DNA of 64,000 nt from Neocallimastix sp. 'constans'. Taxonomy: Eukaryota. The position numbers and the translations under genes are program-made. The stretch is taken from contig JBODTK010000144.1 of the NCBI GenBank assembly GCA_050613775.1, positions 248,001 to 312,000 on the forward strand, in the 5' to 3' direction. Below are positions 48,080-62,300 of this stretch, piece after piece (position 1 is the stretch's first letter; every line of letters starts with the position of its first letter). The notes beneath the pieces were generated by a model that saw nothing but the letters and a program-made list of their open reading frames with translations, had not been told where the DNA came from and ran no database searches.

Positions 48080-48885
48080 TTCTTAATTTAATTTTTGAGA
48101 TAATTTTAAGGCGAAAATAGTTGTATCGTTACTAATATTGTAGTGAATATGCCAAATGGTGAAAATTGTGTTAATATTAGTAATTTTCTGAATAATGAGT
48201 GTGTAAATATATATGTGATGTGATACTGAATATATAATTTCCTTCTTGGTAGAAGAGATGCAGACATTATTGATTTAGATTATAAAAAGGAATGGGATAA
48301 TTTGTTTAATAACCAAATCATTTCTGGTGATTATTCTAAAACATCATTTTTGGCGCGATATGTGGCTCTTTTTATAGAAATTAAGCCTAGGGCTAGTACT
48401 CGACAAGAGTCTGTATAAGCGCAAGCTAATCAGGAGCGCCAACCCTGAAAATTCAGTAAGATAGGCCAATAGGCCAACTGGGCCAATGCCTCTGAAGGAG
48501 AAGACAAGGAGAAGACAATATTTTCTTTCAGATTATCAATACAAACCCTAGTCTGGAATAATAATTCTACAAAGATATTATAATCTTGAAGTGAGATTCC
48601 TTACATAAGGAATTTTTTTCGAATTAATTTGTACACTTTATTTTGAATACTATTTTTGTTTTACATAATCATTTAAAAATTATTATGTTTTTTTCCGAAT
48701 TAATTTATATACTTTATTTTGAATATTATTTTTATTTTGCATTATTATTTAAAAAATTATTATGTTCAATTTGGACAAATATTTATTTTTTTTTAGTAAT
48801 TTTTGCTTTTTTTTTTTTAAAAAATATATATGTACTTAATAAATGAATTAATAAAGTTTAAGTTCGCAATAATTGCGAATATAAA
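48080..48885 (+). mobile_element. 5'-truncated decayed LINE: ORF2 C-terminus + 3' UTR ending AATAAAGTTTAAGTTCGCAATAATTGCGAAT
   Basis: GC-richer island translating IYNFLLGRRDADIIDLDYKKEWDNLF...FLARYVALFIEIKP, similar to the YLFLLGG region at ~11670. Hairpins attcctta-ca-taaggaat (~48596) and ttcgcaat-a-attgcgaa (48863-48879). Boundaries approximate. Confidence 0.6.
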
Positions 48886-49004
48886 TATATATACATGTAT
48901 AATTTTAATTTAAATTTTAATAATATTAATAAAAAAAATTATAAAACATATAATAATAGTTTATTATTTAGTTTATTCACAAAATTTAATATTAATATTT
49001 ATGA

Positions 49005-49393
49005 ATATTAAATATCGGTTCAGAGGAAAGAAGGCGTTTTATTAATAACATCTTTTAATATCTTCAAAAGTCTTCTTTCTTGATTTTATATTTTGTGGGG
49101 CTTATGGAATTCCTTACTAATGTCATGCCTATTGTGATTGGTGATTTTTACACAATGATTAATTTGTATACCATTTGACCTATCGTTGCTAGGAGGGTCG
49201 ATGTCGAAACAATAAGGCGAAGAAGAAATTCTGATACAGATTCAAATGATAATTTTTATCCACATGGTGTTATCGTCTGTGAATGAGAAGAGTTAGAGGC
49301 CATTTTGTCCTTGAAACTCATAACGTATCCTTTTAACATTATTCATGTATTTTTTCTTGATCAATAAAATAAAGTTTATTCCTATTCTAAAAA
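49005..49393 (+). mobile_element. 5'-truncated decayed LINE: ORF2 C-terminus + 3' UTR ending AATAAAGTTTATTCCTATTCT(A)5
   Basis: Translates LNIGSEERRRFINNIF*...YFVGLMEFLTNVMPIV...RRVDVETIRRRRNSD...CE* with internal stops. Shares VGLxEFLT with ~11791. The terminus matches the short elements at 757 and 13202. Confidence 0.7.
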
Positions 49394-50185
49394 TTATATA
49401 TATATATTTAAAATTTTTTCATTATTATTCATATTTTTTAATATGAAAAATAATAATAGAAATATCGATTTTATATCATTAATAATGTTAATGTTAAATA
49501 ATGGCATAATTGTGATAATTACATTTAATTAAAAATAATATCTATAAATTATATATAAAACTTATTCAAATTATTTTAATATTTATATCATTAAAACAAT
49601 TTAAATAAATTTAAAATTTTAAATTATATATATATATATAATGAAACATTAAGAAACTAAACAATTTAGGATATAATATAAAATTTTTACATATACCGTT
49701 TTTATTTTTGATTATATAGGGAAATTATAAAAAAAAAAGTTATATTAAATTAACAATGGCGGCATTAAACAAAATATAATAAATCTTTGTTAATTTAGTA
49801 AATTTTTATTTTAATTAAAAATACTTTATATTATATATTCTTATAAAATCTAAAGTTAAATATTTAATATTAAGATAGAAATTGGTAATATAGAATTATT
49901 ATATAATTATAATTTTTATTAAAGTTTTAAAAAAATGAAAAGATTTACATATCTTATTTTTATAATGCAATATGTTTTTTATAAAATTTTATATTCATTA
50001 ACTATCTAAGTATCTATATATCTTTTATAAAGTAAAAATGAATAAAATAATTATTTTAAATAATTATTTATTTCAAATATAAGTTTTAGTATGCTATGTA
50101 CAATATATAAATATAATAATAAATTATAAATAAAGACGATATTTTAAATTTTTTCTGTAAAAAAGAATAATTAATTTAATTATCA

Positions 50186-50229
<44 letters not shown>

Positions 50230-50969
50230 TTTTAATTTGATATATTTATAGAAATTATTATTAATTATCATTTTATAAATATTAATGAGTATTTTTTTGA
50301 TAGTTATCTTAAAAAAAAAAAAAATAGTATTAAAATATGCATTTTTGAAATGAAAAATATATATTTAATAATAAAAGTTTAAATTTATTATTATTATTTT
50401 AATTATGTAAAAGAACTTTATATAATTTTTATATTTTATTAAAAATTTATTAATAAATTTATCTTTAAATGATTAAAATATTATACAATTATTGTTTCTT
50501 TCTATTACTGTTAATTAATTTAGCTTTTTTTTTATCCATGTAAAGTTGTACAAAAATTTAATGTATTAAATTTTTAAAATATATAGAAATTAGAAATAAT
50601 TTAATTTAAAAATAGAGGTTAAAATTATTTATATATATGTATAACGTATAGAAAGCTAATAAAAAAAAATTTAATCATAAAAAAAAAGTTTATTTTTTAT
50701 CCAATAATTATTTATATATATGTATAACGTATAGAAAGTTAATAGAAAAAGGTTAATCATAAAAAAAAAAGTTTAACTCAACGAATGAGTTTATTATTTA
50801 ATAATTTCTGTAATAATATATAGCTTAATTTGACTTTATTACTTTTATCCTAATCCTCATTCTTATTGTTAATATTAAATCTATTAATAATTATAATAGT
50901 AATTATACTTTTTTTTTTTTTTTTTTGTGAAAACAACAACAACAATAATAATAATAATGATAACTTGCT

Positions 50970-51008
<39 letters not shown>

Positions 51009-51612
51009 TATAAAGACTACATAAATTCTATAAATGAGTTTATTATACATTTTTTTTATAATTATTAGCTAGTTTATAACATATTTAACTTTTTTTTTCT
51101 TCATCATTATTATATATATTATTATAATAGTAACTAATTATTAAAAAATAAACTTAATATAATCAATGTTTATAGTAAAAAAGTTTAAAATTATTATTAA
51201 TAATTAGTGTCAAAATATAATACTTATTAATTAATTGAACAAAAAAAGAAATAATAAAAAATAATCATTTTTTAAATAATAAAGATTATTAAGAAAAAAA
51301 GAAGTATAAAAAGAAGAAAATTTATTCAAAAATATTTTTTTTTATATCAGTTTTATTTTTAATAATAATTTAATTAATAAATAATTTATAATTTAAAAAC
51401 AATAATTAAAAATAATAACTTTTTGTCTAAAAAAAAAAAAAAACTAAAAACTATTTTAATCTATTTTTGTTTTATCAAAAAAAAAAAAAAATTAAAAAAA
51501 AAATATTAATTCTTTTTTTCATTTAAAAATTTTTTATTAAATCATTCTTTTAAAATAATATATATTTATTTATTTTTTTTTCAGTTTTTTTTTTAAGAAA
51601 CAAACAAGCATC

Positions 51613-52249
51613 ATGAACAAGTTCACTTTCGTTTTTTTATTAGCTGTTCTTTTCTGTTTCATTGCTAATGTTAATGGTATTATTATTATTATGTATTAAA
51701 ATATAATATATTTTAAATATATAAAAAATTAATATTAAATAATATTTTAATATTAATTTAAATAATAATAAAATATATTATAAAAAAAAAAAAAAAGCCA
51801 ATGATGATAACAATGACATTAATAAGAAAGAATGTGAATGTTTAAATAATTCTGATGATGAAGGTGTTATGGAAGCCATTTTTGGTGTTAATAAGGAAAA
51901 AAGAATGATTCATGAAAAAAAGAGTTTAGTGGATGAAACTGCTGTAAATGTTAATGCTAATGGTAGTGATAATGATGGATCTGATTCTGGTGCTGACAGC
52001 GATGGTTGTTACACCAATTTCAATGGTGCTACTACTACAGTTTTTGTTACATCTACTACTTCAACTAGAACAATTACTGCTACTTCTGAAAAAGTAGTTT
52101 CTGATCTTCCAACTGTAACTGCTACTCTTACTTCAACTATTACCTCCTACAGACCAACTAATGACATTACTAATGATTCTACTCATGCTAGTAATATTAG
52201 TAAGTTCACTTTTATTGCTTTAGCTATAGTTGCTGTATTATTTCTTTAA
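51613..52249 (+). CDS. Small secreted Ser/Thr-rich, probably GPI-anchored cell-surface protein, 2 exons
   Basis: Exon 51613-51676 encodes signal peptide MNKFTFVFLLAVLFCFIANVNA. Exon 51798-52249 has three Cys, a KR site, a Thr-rich stalk and a C-terminal hydrophobic tail with no cytosolic residues. Confidence 0.85.
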
Positions 52250-52596
52250 GTAAGGGAATATTAATCGATTAAAAGAAGAAGAAGAAGAAAAAAGAAAAAA
52301 GACCAAAGAAAATGGTCTTTTGGAAAGAAAATATTTTTTTTTAATATAAATTTTAATGACTTATTTTTATTAATTTTATGTAATATTTATTAATTTAATA
52401 TTAAAAAGAATTATTATCCTTTTTAATATTTAAAAAAAAAAAAAAAAAAAAAAAGTATATAAAATTGTAGAATTAATATTTTTTTAATGTAATTATCATT
52501 ATTATCGATAAAAAAGTCCATTATTTAAGTATTAGTTCATTCATTTTATACTTCATTTTTAAATTAATTATTATTTATTTTTTTTTTTTTAAATAA

Positions 52597-52629
<33 letters not shown>

Positions 52630-52973
52630 AATTAATAAAAATAAGAAAAAACTATGTTAAAAAAAAAAAAAAAAAATTAATATGATTTTATTTTTGTATT
52701 ACGTTACATAAGCTATTCTTTTTAAAATAAATTATGAATTTAATTTCTATTTATTTATTATTTTATTAATTCATTGAATATTTTTTTTTTCTTCTTTCTT
52801 CTTTCTCTTTAATATAAGACAAAAATTTATATTAAAATAATATAATTATTAAGTAGGATTTCTTATAATTTATGATTTATAAAATATTAATTAAAAATTA
52901 TGAAATATAACTAATATGTGATTTAATTATCATTATTATTATTTTTTATATTTTTTAAAGTTTCGATGAATAT

Positions 52974-53103
52974 AAACAAAACAAAACAAAACAAAAAACA
53001 AAAAACAAAAAACAAAAAACAAAAAACAAAAAAAAAAACAAAAATTAAAAAACAAAAAACAAAAAACAAAAAACAAAAAACAAAAAACAAAAAACAAAAA
53101 AAC

Positions 53104-53118
<15 letters not shown>
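52974..53118. repeat. (AAAAC)/(AAAAAAC)n microsatellite
   Basis: Directly visible; it accounts for spurious ORF 52923..53177. Confidence 0.9.
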
Positions 53119-53137
<19 letters not shown>

Positions 53138-53356
53138 CAAATGAAAAAAAAAAAAAAAAAAGAAAATCAAAAAACAATATTCTTTTTCATAAGTATATCA
53201 TTACTATTATTTCAAAAATTTCTTTTTTATCTTAAAATTATTATATGTAAATTATAAATTAGGTTATTTGATGAATTTGAATTTGTTGGTATATATATGC
53301 ATATATTATGTAAATGTATATAAATTAATATATATATATTATTGTATTAATTCATT

Positions 53357-56300
53357 TTATGCTTCGTTTGTTTCTTCCATTTTATTTAACCAATGAACTG
53401 AATCTTCTAACAATTCATTCCAAATCATTTCTGTGACTTGATTTTGTATTTGAATATTTCTATCATCGTAATCTATAAATGGTTTTTCTTCTTCTTTTAA
53501 TTCTAATTCAAGAACTGGTTGCGGTTCTAAATTAAAGATTTCACGATTATTTGTCCATTTATTTAATAATTTCAATACCTTACTTTTAATTTCTTTAGCT
53601 TTTAATGGTTTAGGTGGAAGAGCTTGTTTTACTCTTAACCAATTATTTGGATCAGATGAATATTTAATATTTTTAAATATTTCAGTAATTGCTTCATTAA
53701 CCATATCAAATACTATTTTAATTCGCATCTTTTCATCTAAATCTAATGGATATTCATCAAATATACTTAATGCTGAAACAGAAACATACGGTGGCTCAAT
53801 ATAATCTGCTTCGGGTATCTTTTCTAATAATGAAATTGCTATTCTACTGACTGAATCAATATCAATTTTTTCAAATATTTTTGGTGTAAATCTTTGTGAT
53901 TTATTATATTCAGGTTTTAATAAATGCGTTTCTTCATTAGATATATAATCACTATCAAGTTTTTCTTTAAATTCAACATCCTTCAAAATTTCTTCAATTA
54001 ATCCTTCCATCATACTATCTGCTATATCATTTATAGCTATATCTGTTTCAAGAACAACCTCATTGTCTTCATTAATAGGCTGAACAATTAATTCTTCATT
54101 CAATAATTTTTGTTGATTATTTTTTAACTCGGTAATTTCACCTACCACTATTTTAAAATTAATAATAAATTTATTATAAAGAATATTTAATTTAATATAT
54201 ATTAATTATATTTGGTTTTAAAAAAATATAAAAAAAGAAATTTTTTTTTTTTTTTTTTTTTTTCAATTATATACATTTATTAAAATATATATTAAAAACT
54301 TACTATTCATAGTATCGGAAAGTAATCCATCAAATAATTGTTGTGTTATATTATTAATGATTTCTTGTTTTTCACGTTCTTCTTCTTTGTCTTTTTCTAT
54401 TTCTTCTGGTTTAATTCTATCCGTTTTAACTATTTCCGATACTTCTTGTAAAATAGCGATTGCTTCATCAATGTCTTTGTCATTCATTATTTCTTTTTCT
54501 TTATTATCTGAAGTATCGAATTCTTCTCCCATTAAAATTATTTCATTTTCAAATTTTAACGAAACGTCGTTTAGTGGTTTTTCCTTTAATTTATCACCAT
54601 CTATAATTTCCTTTTCTTTATTTTGTTCCTCTTCTAATATAATTACTTCATTTTCAGATTTTACTGAATCATCATTTAGTAGTTCTTCCTCCATTATAAT
54701 TACTTCGTTTTCAGATTTTATTGAAACATCATTTATTTGTTCTTTTTTTAATTTATCATTTTCTTCTATAAATTCTTTTTCTTTATCTTCTGCACTATTA
54801 AGTTCTTCTTCTAGCATAATTATTTCATTTTCTGATTTTAATGAAATATCGATTTTTGGTTCTTCCTTTAATTTATTATCTTCTTCTTTAATTTTATTTT
54901 CTTTATTTTCTACGGTACTGAATTCTTCTCCCATTATAATTACTTCGCTTTCATATTTTATTGAAACATCATTTTCTGGTTCTTTCGCTAATTCAATTAC
55001 TTCCTCAACAACTTCTTTTTCTTTATTTTCTACATTATCGAATTCATTTCCTATTACAATTATTTCGTTTCCAGATTTTAATGATACATCGTCTTGTGGT
55101 TTCTCATCCTTTAATTTATCGTCTTTTATAATTTCTTTTTCTTTATTTCCTACAGAATCGAATTCTTCTCCCATTATAATTATTTCATTTTCAGATTTTA
55201 AAGAAAGGTCATTTAGTGAAATTTCCTTTAATTTATTACTTTCAGCTTCAGGCCCAATTTCTTTTTCAATAATACTTTCTGATTTTTTAATTGATTCGAC
55301 TAAATCTTCTGATTTTTTAGAATTTGAAGAAGGCGTTTCAATTTCGTCTTCATTAGCTAAAGATAATTTATTTAAATCAGTTTGTGAATCAATACTTTCT
55401 TCAATCTCTTCTTCTATATCTTCTTCTATATCTTCTTCTATATCTTCATCGATTCTATCCTTTTCTTGAGTTTTTTGATCTTTTTCTTTATTCGATAATG
55501 GAATATCAACTCTTGAAGATGATGTTAATTGTGATTTTTCTTGATCTTTTTCGATATTCTTTGATGGAGAATTAACTCTTGATGATGGAATTGACAACAA
55601 TTTTATTTGATCTTCTTCTAAAAATGCATCACTGTTTTCATTTTCACTTTCAATATTATTTTCAATATCATTTTCAGTTTCAATTGTATCTTTTTTAATA
55701 TCGTTTTCATTTGCACTTTCACTTTTACTATTATCGTCAATTTCATCTCTATTTTTAACGCTCTCCTTTGTTTCTAATGATTGTAATTTTTGTTCAGTAT
55801 TTTTTTGATCTTTTTCTATATTCTTTGATGGAGAACTAACTCTTGATGATGAAGTTGACAATAATTTTATTTGATCTTCTTCTAAAAATGTATCACTGTA
55901 TTCATTTTCAATTTCAATTTCATTTTCGTTTTCATATTCATTTTCATTTACATAATCATTTTCGTTTTCAATTTCATTTTCGTTTTCATATTCATTTTCA
56001 TTTACATAATCATTTTCGTTTTCAATTTCATTTTCGTTTTCATATTCATATTCGTTTTCCCTTTCCCTTTCCCTTTCATTTCCAATTTCAATTTTATTAA
56101 TTTTAATTTCGTTTTCATTTTTACTTTCATTTTCAATTTCATCATCATTTCTAATGTCCTCTTTTGTTTTAATTTCTAATGATTGTAATTTCTGTTCAGT
56201 ATTTATTGATTTTGATAAAGGAGAACTAACTCTTGAAGATTGGTTTGATTCTGATTTTTTTTGGTCTTTTTCTATAATCTTTAATGGTGAACTAACTCTT

Positions 56301-59300
56301 GAAGATGGAGTTGATAATAATTTTATTTGATCTTCTTCTAAAAATGTATTACTGTATTCATTTTCATTTTCATTTTCATTTTCAATTTCAATTTCTATAT
56401 CAATTTTATTTTCAATGTCTTCTTCAATTTCCTCTTCGATTTCACTAATTTCCTTTGTTTTACTTTCTAATGATTGTGATTCTTGTTCGTGTTGGGTATT
56501 CATTGATTTTAACAATGGAGAACTAATTCTTAAAGATGGTTTTGATAATGATCTTACTTGATGCTCTTTTTCTTTTTCTATATTTGAAGATGGAGAACTC
56601 ACTCTTGAAGATGGAGTGGATAATGATTTTAGTTGATTTTCCTCTAAAAATGTATTACTGTATTCATTATCATGCTCATATTCATTTTCACTTTCTTTTG
56701 TTTTACTTTCTGATGATCGTGATTTATGTTCGGTATTTAGTGATTTTGATGATTCAGTAACATTTATTAATTTTGATATTTCTTCTTCTATATTTTCTTC
56801 AATATCTTCTTCGATGTCTTCTTCTATTTTTATTTGCATATCTTTAATACTAATAGAGTCATTTTGTTGTTCACTATTTTCTTTAATTGAATATCTTTCA
56901 CTTTTAATAGATTTATTTTCATCTGACTGAGAATATAAAATTTGCTGAAATTGACTTTGAGAAGATGTTTTATTACTTTCTTCAAATGGTTCTTCTGATT
57001 TTATATTTTCTTCAGTTTGTTCTCCTTCTGTATTTATATTTTCTTCAATAAAATCATCTGAATAATCTATCATTTCTTCATCATTAATTTCTTTATTTGA
57101 TTCTTCAATATCTATTTCTATCATTTCTTTACCACTAATATCTTCATTAGATTCTTCAACATTTGCTTCTACCATAACTTCATCTTTAATATCTTTATTG
57201 GTCTCTTCAACATCTTTTGCCATTTCTTTATCAGAAATTTCCTTTTCATCTTCTCTGGTACTTTTTATTGACATTTCATTTTCAGTATGACTAGAATCTT
57301 CATATATTTGAATTTTGGATGGAATTGATTCCTCAATATATTCATCTATTGAAATTTCTGTTGAATCATCTGAAATTTTAGATAATTCTTTTTCAGAAGT
57401 TTCTTTAATATTTTCTTTATTTTCATTACTATCTTGTTTAGAAGGATCTACTTTCTTTTCAGGTGGAATATTGTTATTTTGTTTAGAAAAATCATCAACC
57501 TTTTCTTCATCTTCAGATGGAACTGATTCTATGTGTTTTTCAATAGTTTCTTTAATACTTTCTTCTACTTGAATTTCAGATGGAATATTTTCTTCCTCTT
57601 CATTTTCTTCATTAATTGACGAAACAGATTCCTTTGGTTCTTCTATACTTTCATTAATACTTTCTTCTATTTGAATTTCAGATGGAATACTTTCTTTCTC
57701 TTTATTTTCTTCATTTATTGATGAAAAAGATTCCTTTAGTTCTTCTATACTTTCATTAATACTTTCTTCTATTTGAATTTCAGATGGAATACTTTCTTCC
57801 TCTTCATTTTCTTCATTTATTGATGAAACAGATTCCTTTTGTTTTTCTATACTTTCATTGATACTTTCTTCTATTTGGATTTCAGATAGAATATTTTCTT
57901 TCTCTTTATTTTCTTCATTTATTGATGAAACAGATTCCTTTGGTTCTTCTATACTTTCTTTAATATTTTCTTCTTTTTTATTTTTTTCCTTTAATCCTTT
58001 GATAAAAATTTCAGTTTGATTAATTTCTTTTTTTTCGGAAACTTCATCAACATTTTCTTCTATTTGAATTTCAGATGGAATAGATTCATTTAATTCTGAA
58101 GAGCTCCAATTCATTTCTTTTTTAGTTGATAGAACAGATTCTTTTTGTTCTGAAATTGGTTCTTTTATACTTTTTTGTCTGTCTTCTTCTCTATCTAATT
58201 CCATGTTTTCTTTTCCATCTTCTTTTATAATTTTTTCTTTATCTTCTTCCATATCTTCTTCTATATCTTCTCCTATATCTTCTCCTATATCTTCTTCTAT
58301 ATCTTCAATATCTTCTTCAATATCTTCTTCAATATCTTCTTCAATACTTTCTTCAATATCTTCTCCTTCTTCAATTTTAATCTCTGAAGAAATTCTCTCC
58401 TCTTCATTTTCTTCAAAAAGTATTGTTAAGTCTTTATTTCCTTCTTTGTTAGATTCCTGTTCTGATTCATATTTCATTTCTTCTTCATTTTGAATTCCAG
58501 ATATATAATCTTCCTTTCTTTCAGATTCAATATTCATATTTTCTTCTTCATTATGAACTTCAATTGGATCTGATTCTATGTGTTCAGAAATTTCATTATT
58601 ACTATTATCTTTTTCAGTTTGAATTTCAGATGAAATTGATTCTTTTTGCTCTAAAATTTCATTCTCCTTTACAATTTTTTCTTCTTTTTCTACTTGAATT
58701 TTTTCTTTAATATCTTGATTAGAATCATTTTTATTAACGGTTAATTGTACTTCAATTTCAGGAGGAACAGCTTCTTCTATTATGTCTTCTTCAACTATAT
58801 CAGACATCTCATTTATTTCTTTACTTTTTTCATCATTTATATTTTCATTTATTTCATTTATTACTTCATTTACATCTTCTTCATTTATAGAATTCGTTAT
58901 ACTGCCATTTTGAATACTTTTAATTAAAGAAGAAGAATGCTCATCTTTATTTTCTATTTCGAATAAATCTTCCTTCTTTGAAAGAGATTCTGACATATCT
59001 TGATCCATTTCAAATGAGTCAGTATAATGATATTGAGAAACTGTACTTTCTTTAGAGTTAACTACATTTACCAATTCATTTATTTTAGATTCTTCTGACG
59101 TTGATATACGTTGTTCAGATAATTCAGTGAAATGTTCATCTTGATCTTTTAAAATTGAAACATCTGGGGTGGCAACAATAGAAGTTTCTTTCATAATCTC
59201 ATTTAATTCATTTTCTGTCTTTTTCACAATGGCATTAATACGATCTAATTGTTGTCTAAAATGAGACTCTTTTTCTAACAATTTTTTGTGAATTAATTGA

Positions 59301-62300
59301 CGTTGTTTTTTCTTTTCAAGGAAGAGCTGTTTTGCAACACTCTTTTGTTTACTAATTTGAACCTTTAATGAATTAATACGCTCTTTTAATTTATTTTCTT
59401 CTTCATCCAAACTCATATCGTCAAATAAAATTGATTCAGAAAGGTCACCTATTTTTAAATCTTTTCCCAAGAGTTCCGAATAATCATTTTTTTTACTTTC
59501 TGAATTTGAACGCATGGGCAGAGAATTTGAATTTGAATTTGAATTAAGATTTGAAGTAATACCAGAATTTGTTATAGGAAGTGAATTTGATCTAATAATA
59601 GAGTCGGAATCATTTTCAAATGTATTACTATAATTATTATAATTGTACGAACTAGATTGCACTTCTGATGCCGTTTTAGAATCAATTATCTCTTCAATAC
59701 TTTGAGATGAAGATTTTGAATTAATTACATCTGAATTATTATATGATTCTTGTATTTCTTCTATGATACTATCACTTTTAATAGAATAATTTGATGGTTC
59801 AATAATTTCCTCAATTATATTTTCTTCAGATTTATATTTATTTTGAGATGAGGAAGTGGAATCATCATTATTATTGAAATCTTCTTCAATGATTTCGTCT
59901 CCTTCAGCTTCTTCATCAACATCCATATAATCTTCAATGGAACCTTTTTGCTTTCTATCATTTTTAATTTTACTTTCGGTTTCGATTTCTTCAGTTTCAA
60001 CTTTGAAGGGTTCCTTAGATAAAGGACTACTGACATATCCACGTTTTCTTCTAGTTCCCTCTTTTTCTCTATAAGAACTTCTCGAATTGTTATTATCATT
60101 ATTACTATGAGAGTTTGAACTGGATGCTTTTGGGATTGTTGAAGTTCTTGGCTGCATATTTAAAGCTTTATCTAAAATTTCATGAATTTCTTTTTCTTCT
60201 TTTTTTAATTTTTCTTCCCATTTAATAGCCTTTTGACGTTTTTTTAATAAATTTTCAGCAATTTCTTTAGAAATTGATAATCTGTATTCTTTTTTTCCAA
60301 GATGATCATTAAGAAGTTTTGATTTAACAAGTTCAATTTTGTCATTTATACTTTGTAATGAAGAAGAAGTAATTGAATTTAATTCATCATTATTTATTTT
60401 TTCATTATCATTATCATTATCATTTTCATTTTCATTATTATCATCATTTTCATTATTATCATCATTATCATTATCATCATAACTTTCAAATGAGTTAATA
60501 CTTTCGTAGTAATGATTTTCAGGATTTGGACTTCTACTCCTACTTCTACTTCTGCTTCTACTTCTTTGTCTAGCATTAGGATACTTTTCTTTTTCGAGAT
60601 AACGACTAATTCTTTTTAAATCTTTTTCTGATTTAATACTTTTATTTGAACTATATCTTGGACTAATCATTCCGTTAGAAGAATCTTGATTTTTAATTGA
60701 AACAAAATTAAGATCTTCTTCTATTTCTGATTCATTCTTTGATTTACTTGAACTTTGATTTTGTTCATTTGAATAAGATGAGTGAATATCTTCTATAATT
60801 TCATTAATATCCTCTTGAATGCTTGAATTTTGAAGAGAGTCCTTACTATCATCATATATTTCTCCTCCAGAAGGGATATCTTCTTCAATTATTGAAGATT
60901 CATTCCTTTCTTGAGTTGGTATTTCTTCGATTATTTCTGAATCATTTATAGAAGGTGAAGAAGACAAAGTATTATCTCTATTGAATTTGGAGGTCACTTG
61001 TTTCATTTGAAGTGAACTAGTACTAGTATTATTACCAGTACTAATATTATTATTAGTGTTATGATTACTGGATAATTTTGAATTTTTTTCCATAGATTGA
61101 TCATATTTACTTGATTGTGACAATTTCTTAGAGCTGACTTTATTAGTTAAATCCTCGAAGGAATCACTACTGTATGAATCACTAGAGTCATTCGAAGAAA
61201 CTGATTTAATCTTTGCGTTATCTTTTGGCTCTTTGACTAATATACTTTTTTCATTGGTTTCTGGATAAGCTTGAACACCAATATTTCTTAATTGATCTTC
61301 TTTAATTTTTTTTGCGTTTTCAATCTCCATTTCTTGTTTCTTTTGCTTTAATATAAGTGCTTGTAATACTGTTGCCATTTCTTGCTCAACAAGAGTTGAT
61401 TTCCTTTCATTTTCCATTTCAGTTAATTGAAGATTAGTTTCATTCAAAGTTTCCAAATAATTTATTTCACTCATTAATTTTCTTGATAAGGAATGTGGCG
61501 AGAGACGACCCTCTTCTTTATTTTCATATGGGGGTTTTTGATTTGGATATATTTGAGATTGAGTTGGATATATATATGATTGTGCTTGTTGCATTTGAGG
61601 TTGAGGTGGTATTATTTGTGGTTGGGGTGGCATCATTTGGGGATGCAGTGGAAGTATGTTCGGTTTTGTTGGATAGTATTGTTGCTGATTTGAATGTGGA
61701 GGATATTCTTGATTTATGCTTTCATCTACTGTAGATAAATTATAGTCAGAACGATGACTTGAATCCTCTAATGTTGTTGTTGTATATTTTGACATATTTG
61801 TTAAGTCTTCACTATACTCATAATTATTTTTATTATGATTAGAAGAAGCTAATTTTTTATGTGAATTGTTATTGAATTGAATTTTTGATGATTTTTTTGT
61901 TTCATTTTGTTTTGGAGAAGCTACTGTTGAATTTCTATATTTAGTGTCTGTTTCTGTGGATGAAGGCTTTTGTTCTTCTTTTTTTTCTTCCATTTTTTCT
62001 ATTATTTTTTTATATATACTACTGGAATCGGTCTTCTTTTTAATATCATTTTTTTTAGAAGGTTGAAAACGTCTTGTAAAAATATTTATAGTACTATAAT
62101 TATCACCTTTATTAACATTTGAATCAATATTTAAATTCCATTGCTGTGGTGTTATATTTTCTGAATCGTCTAATTTCATTTCAGAATTAGGGTTAGTAGA
62201 AGCAATACTTAAATCATTAGTTTCATCGATGGACATATCATCAATAGTTATCACTGAATCTTCATGAGCTTGATTTTGACTTATTTCCGATAAATAAATA

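Noticed and set aside
54357..55469. 370-aa plus-strand ORF and other ORFs overlapping the CEP350-like gene
   Set aside because: They are antisense or alternate-frame shadows of Glu/Lys/Asp-rich repetitive codons.
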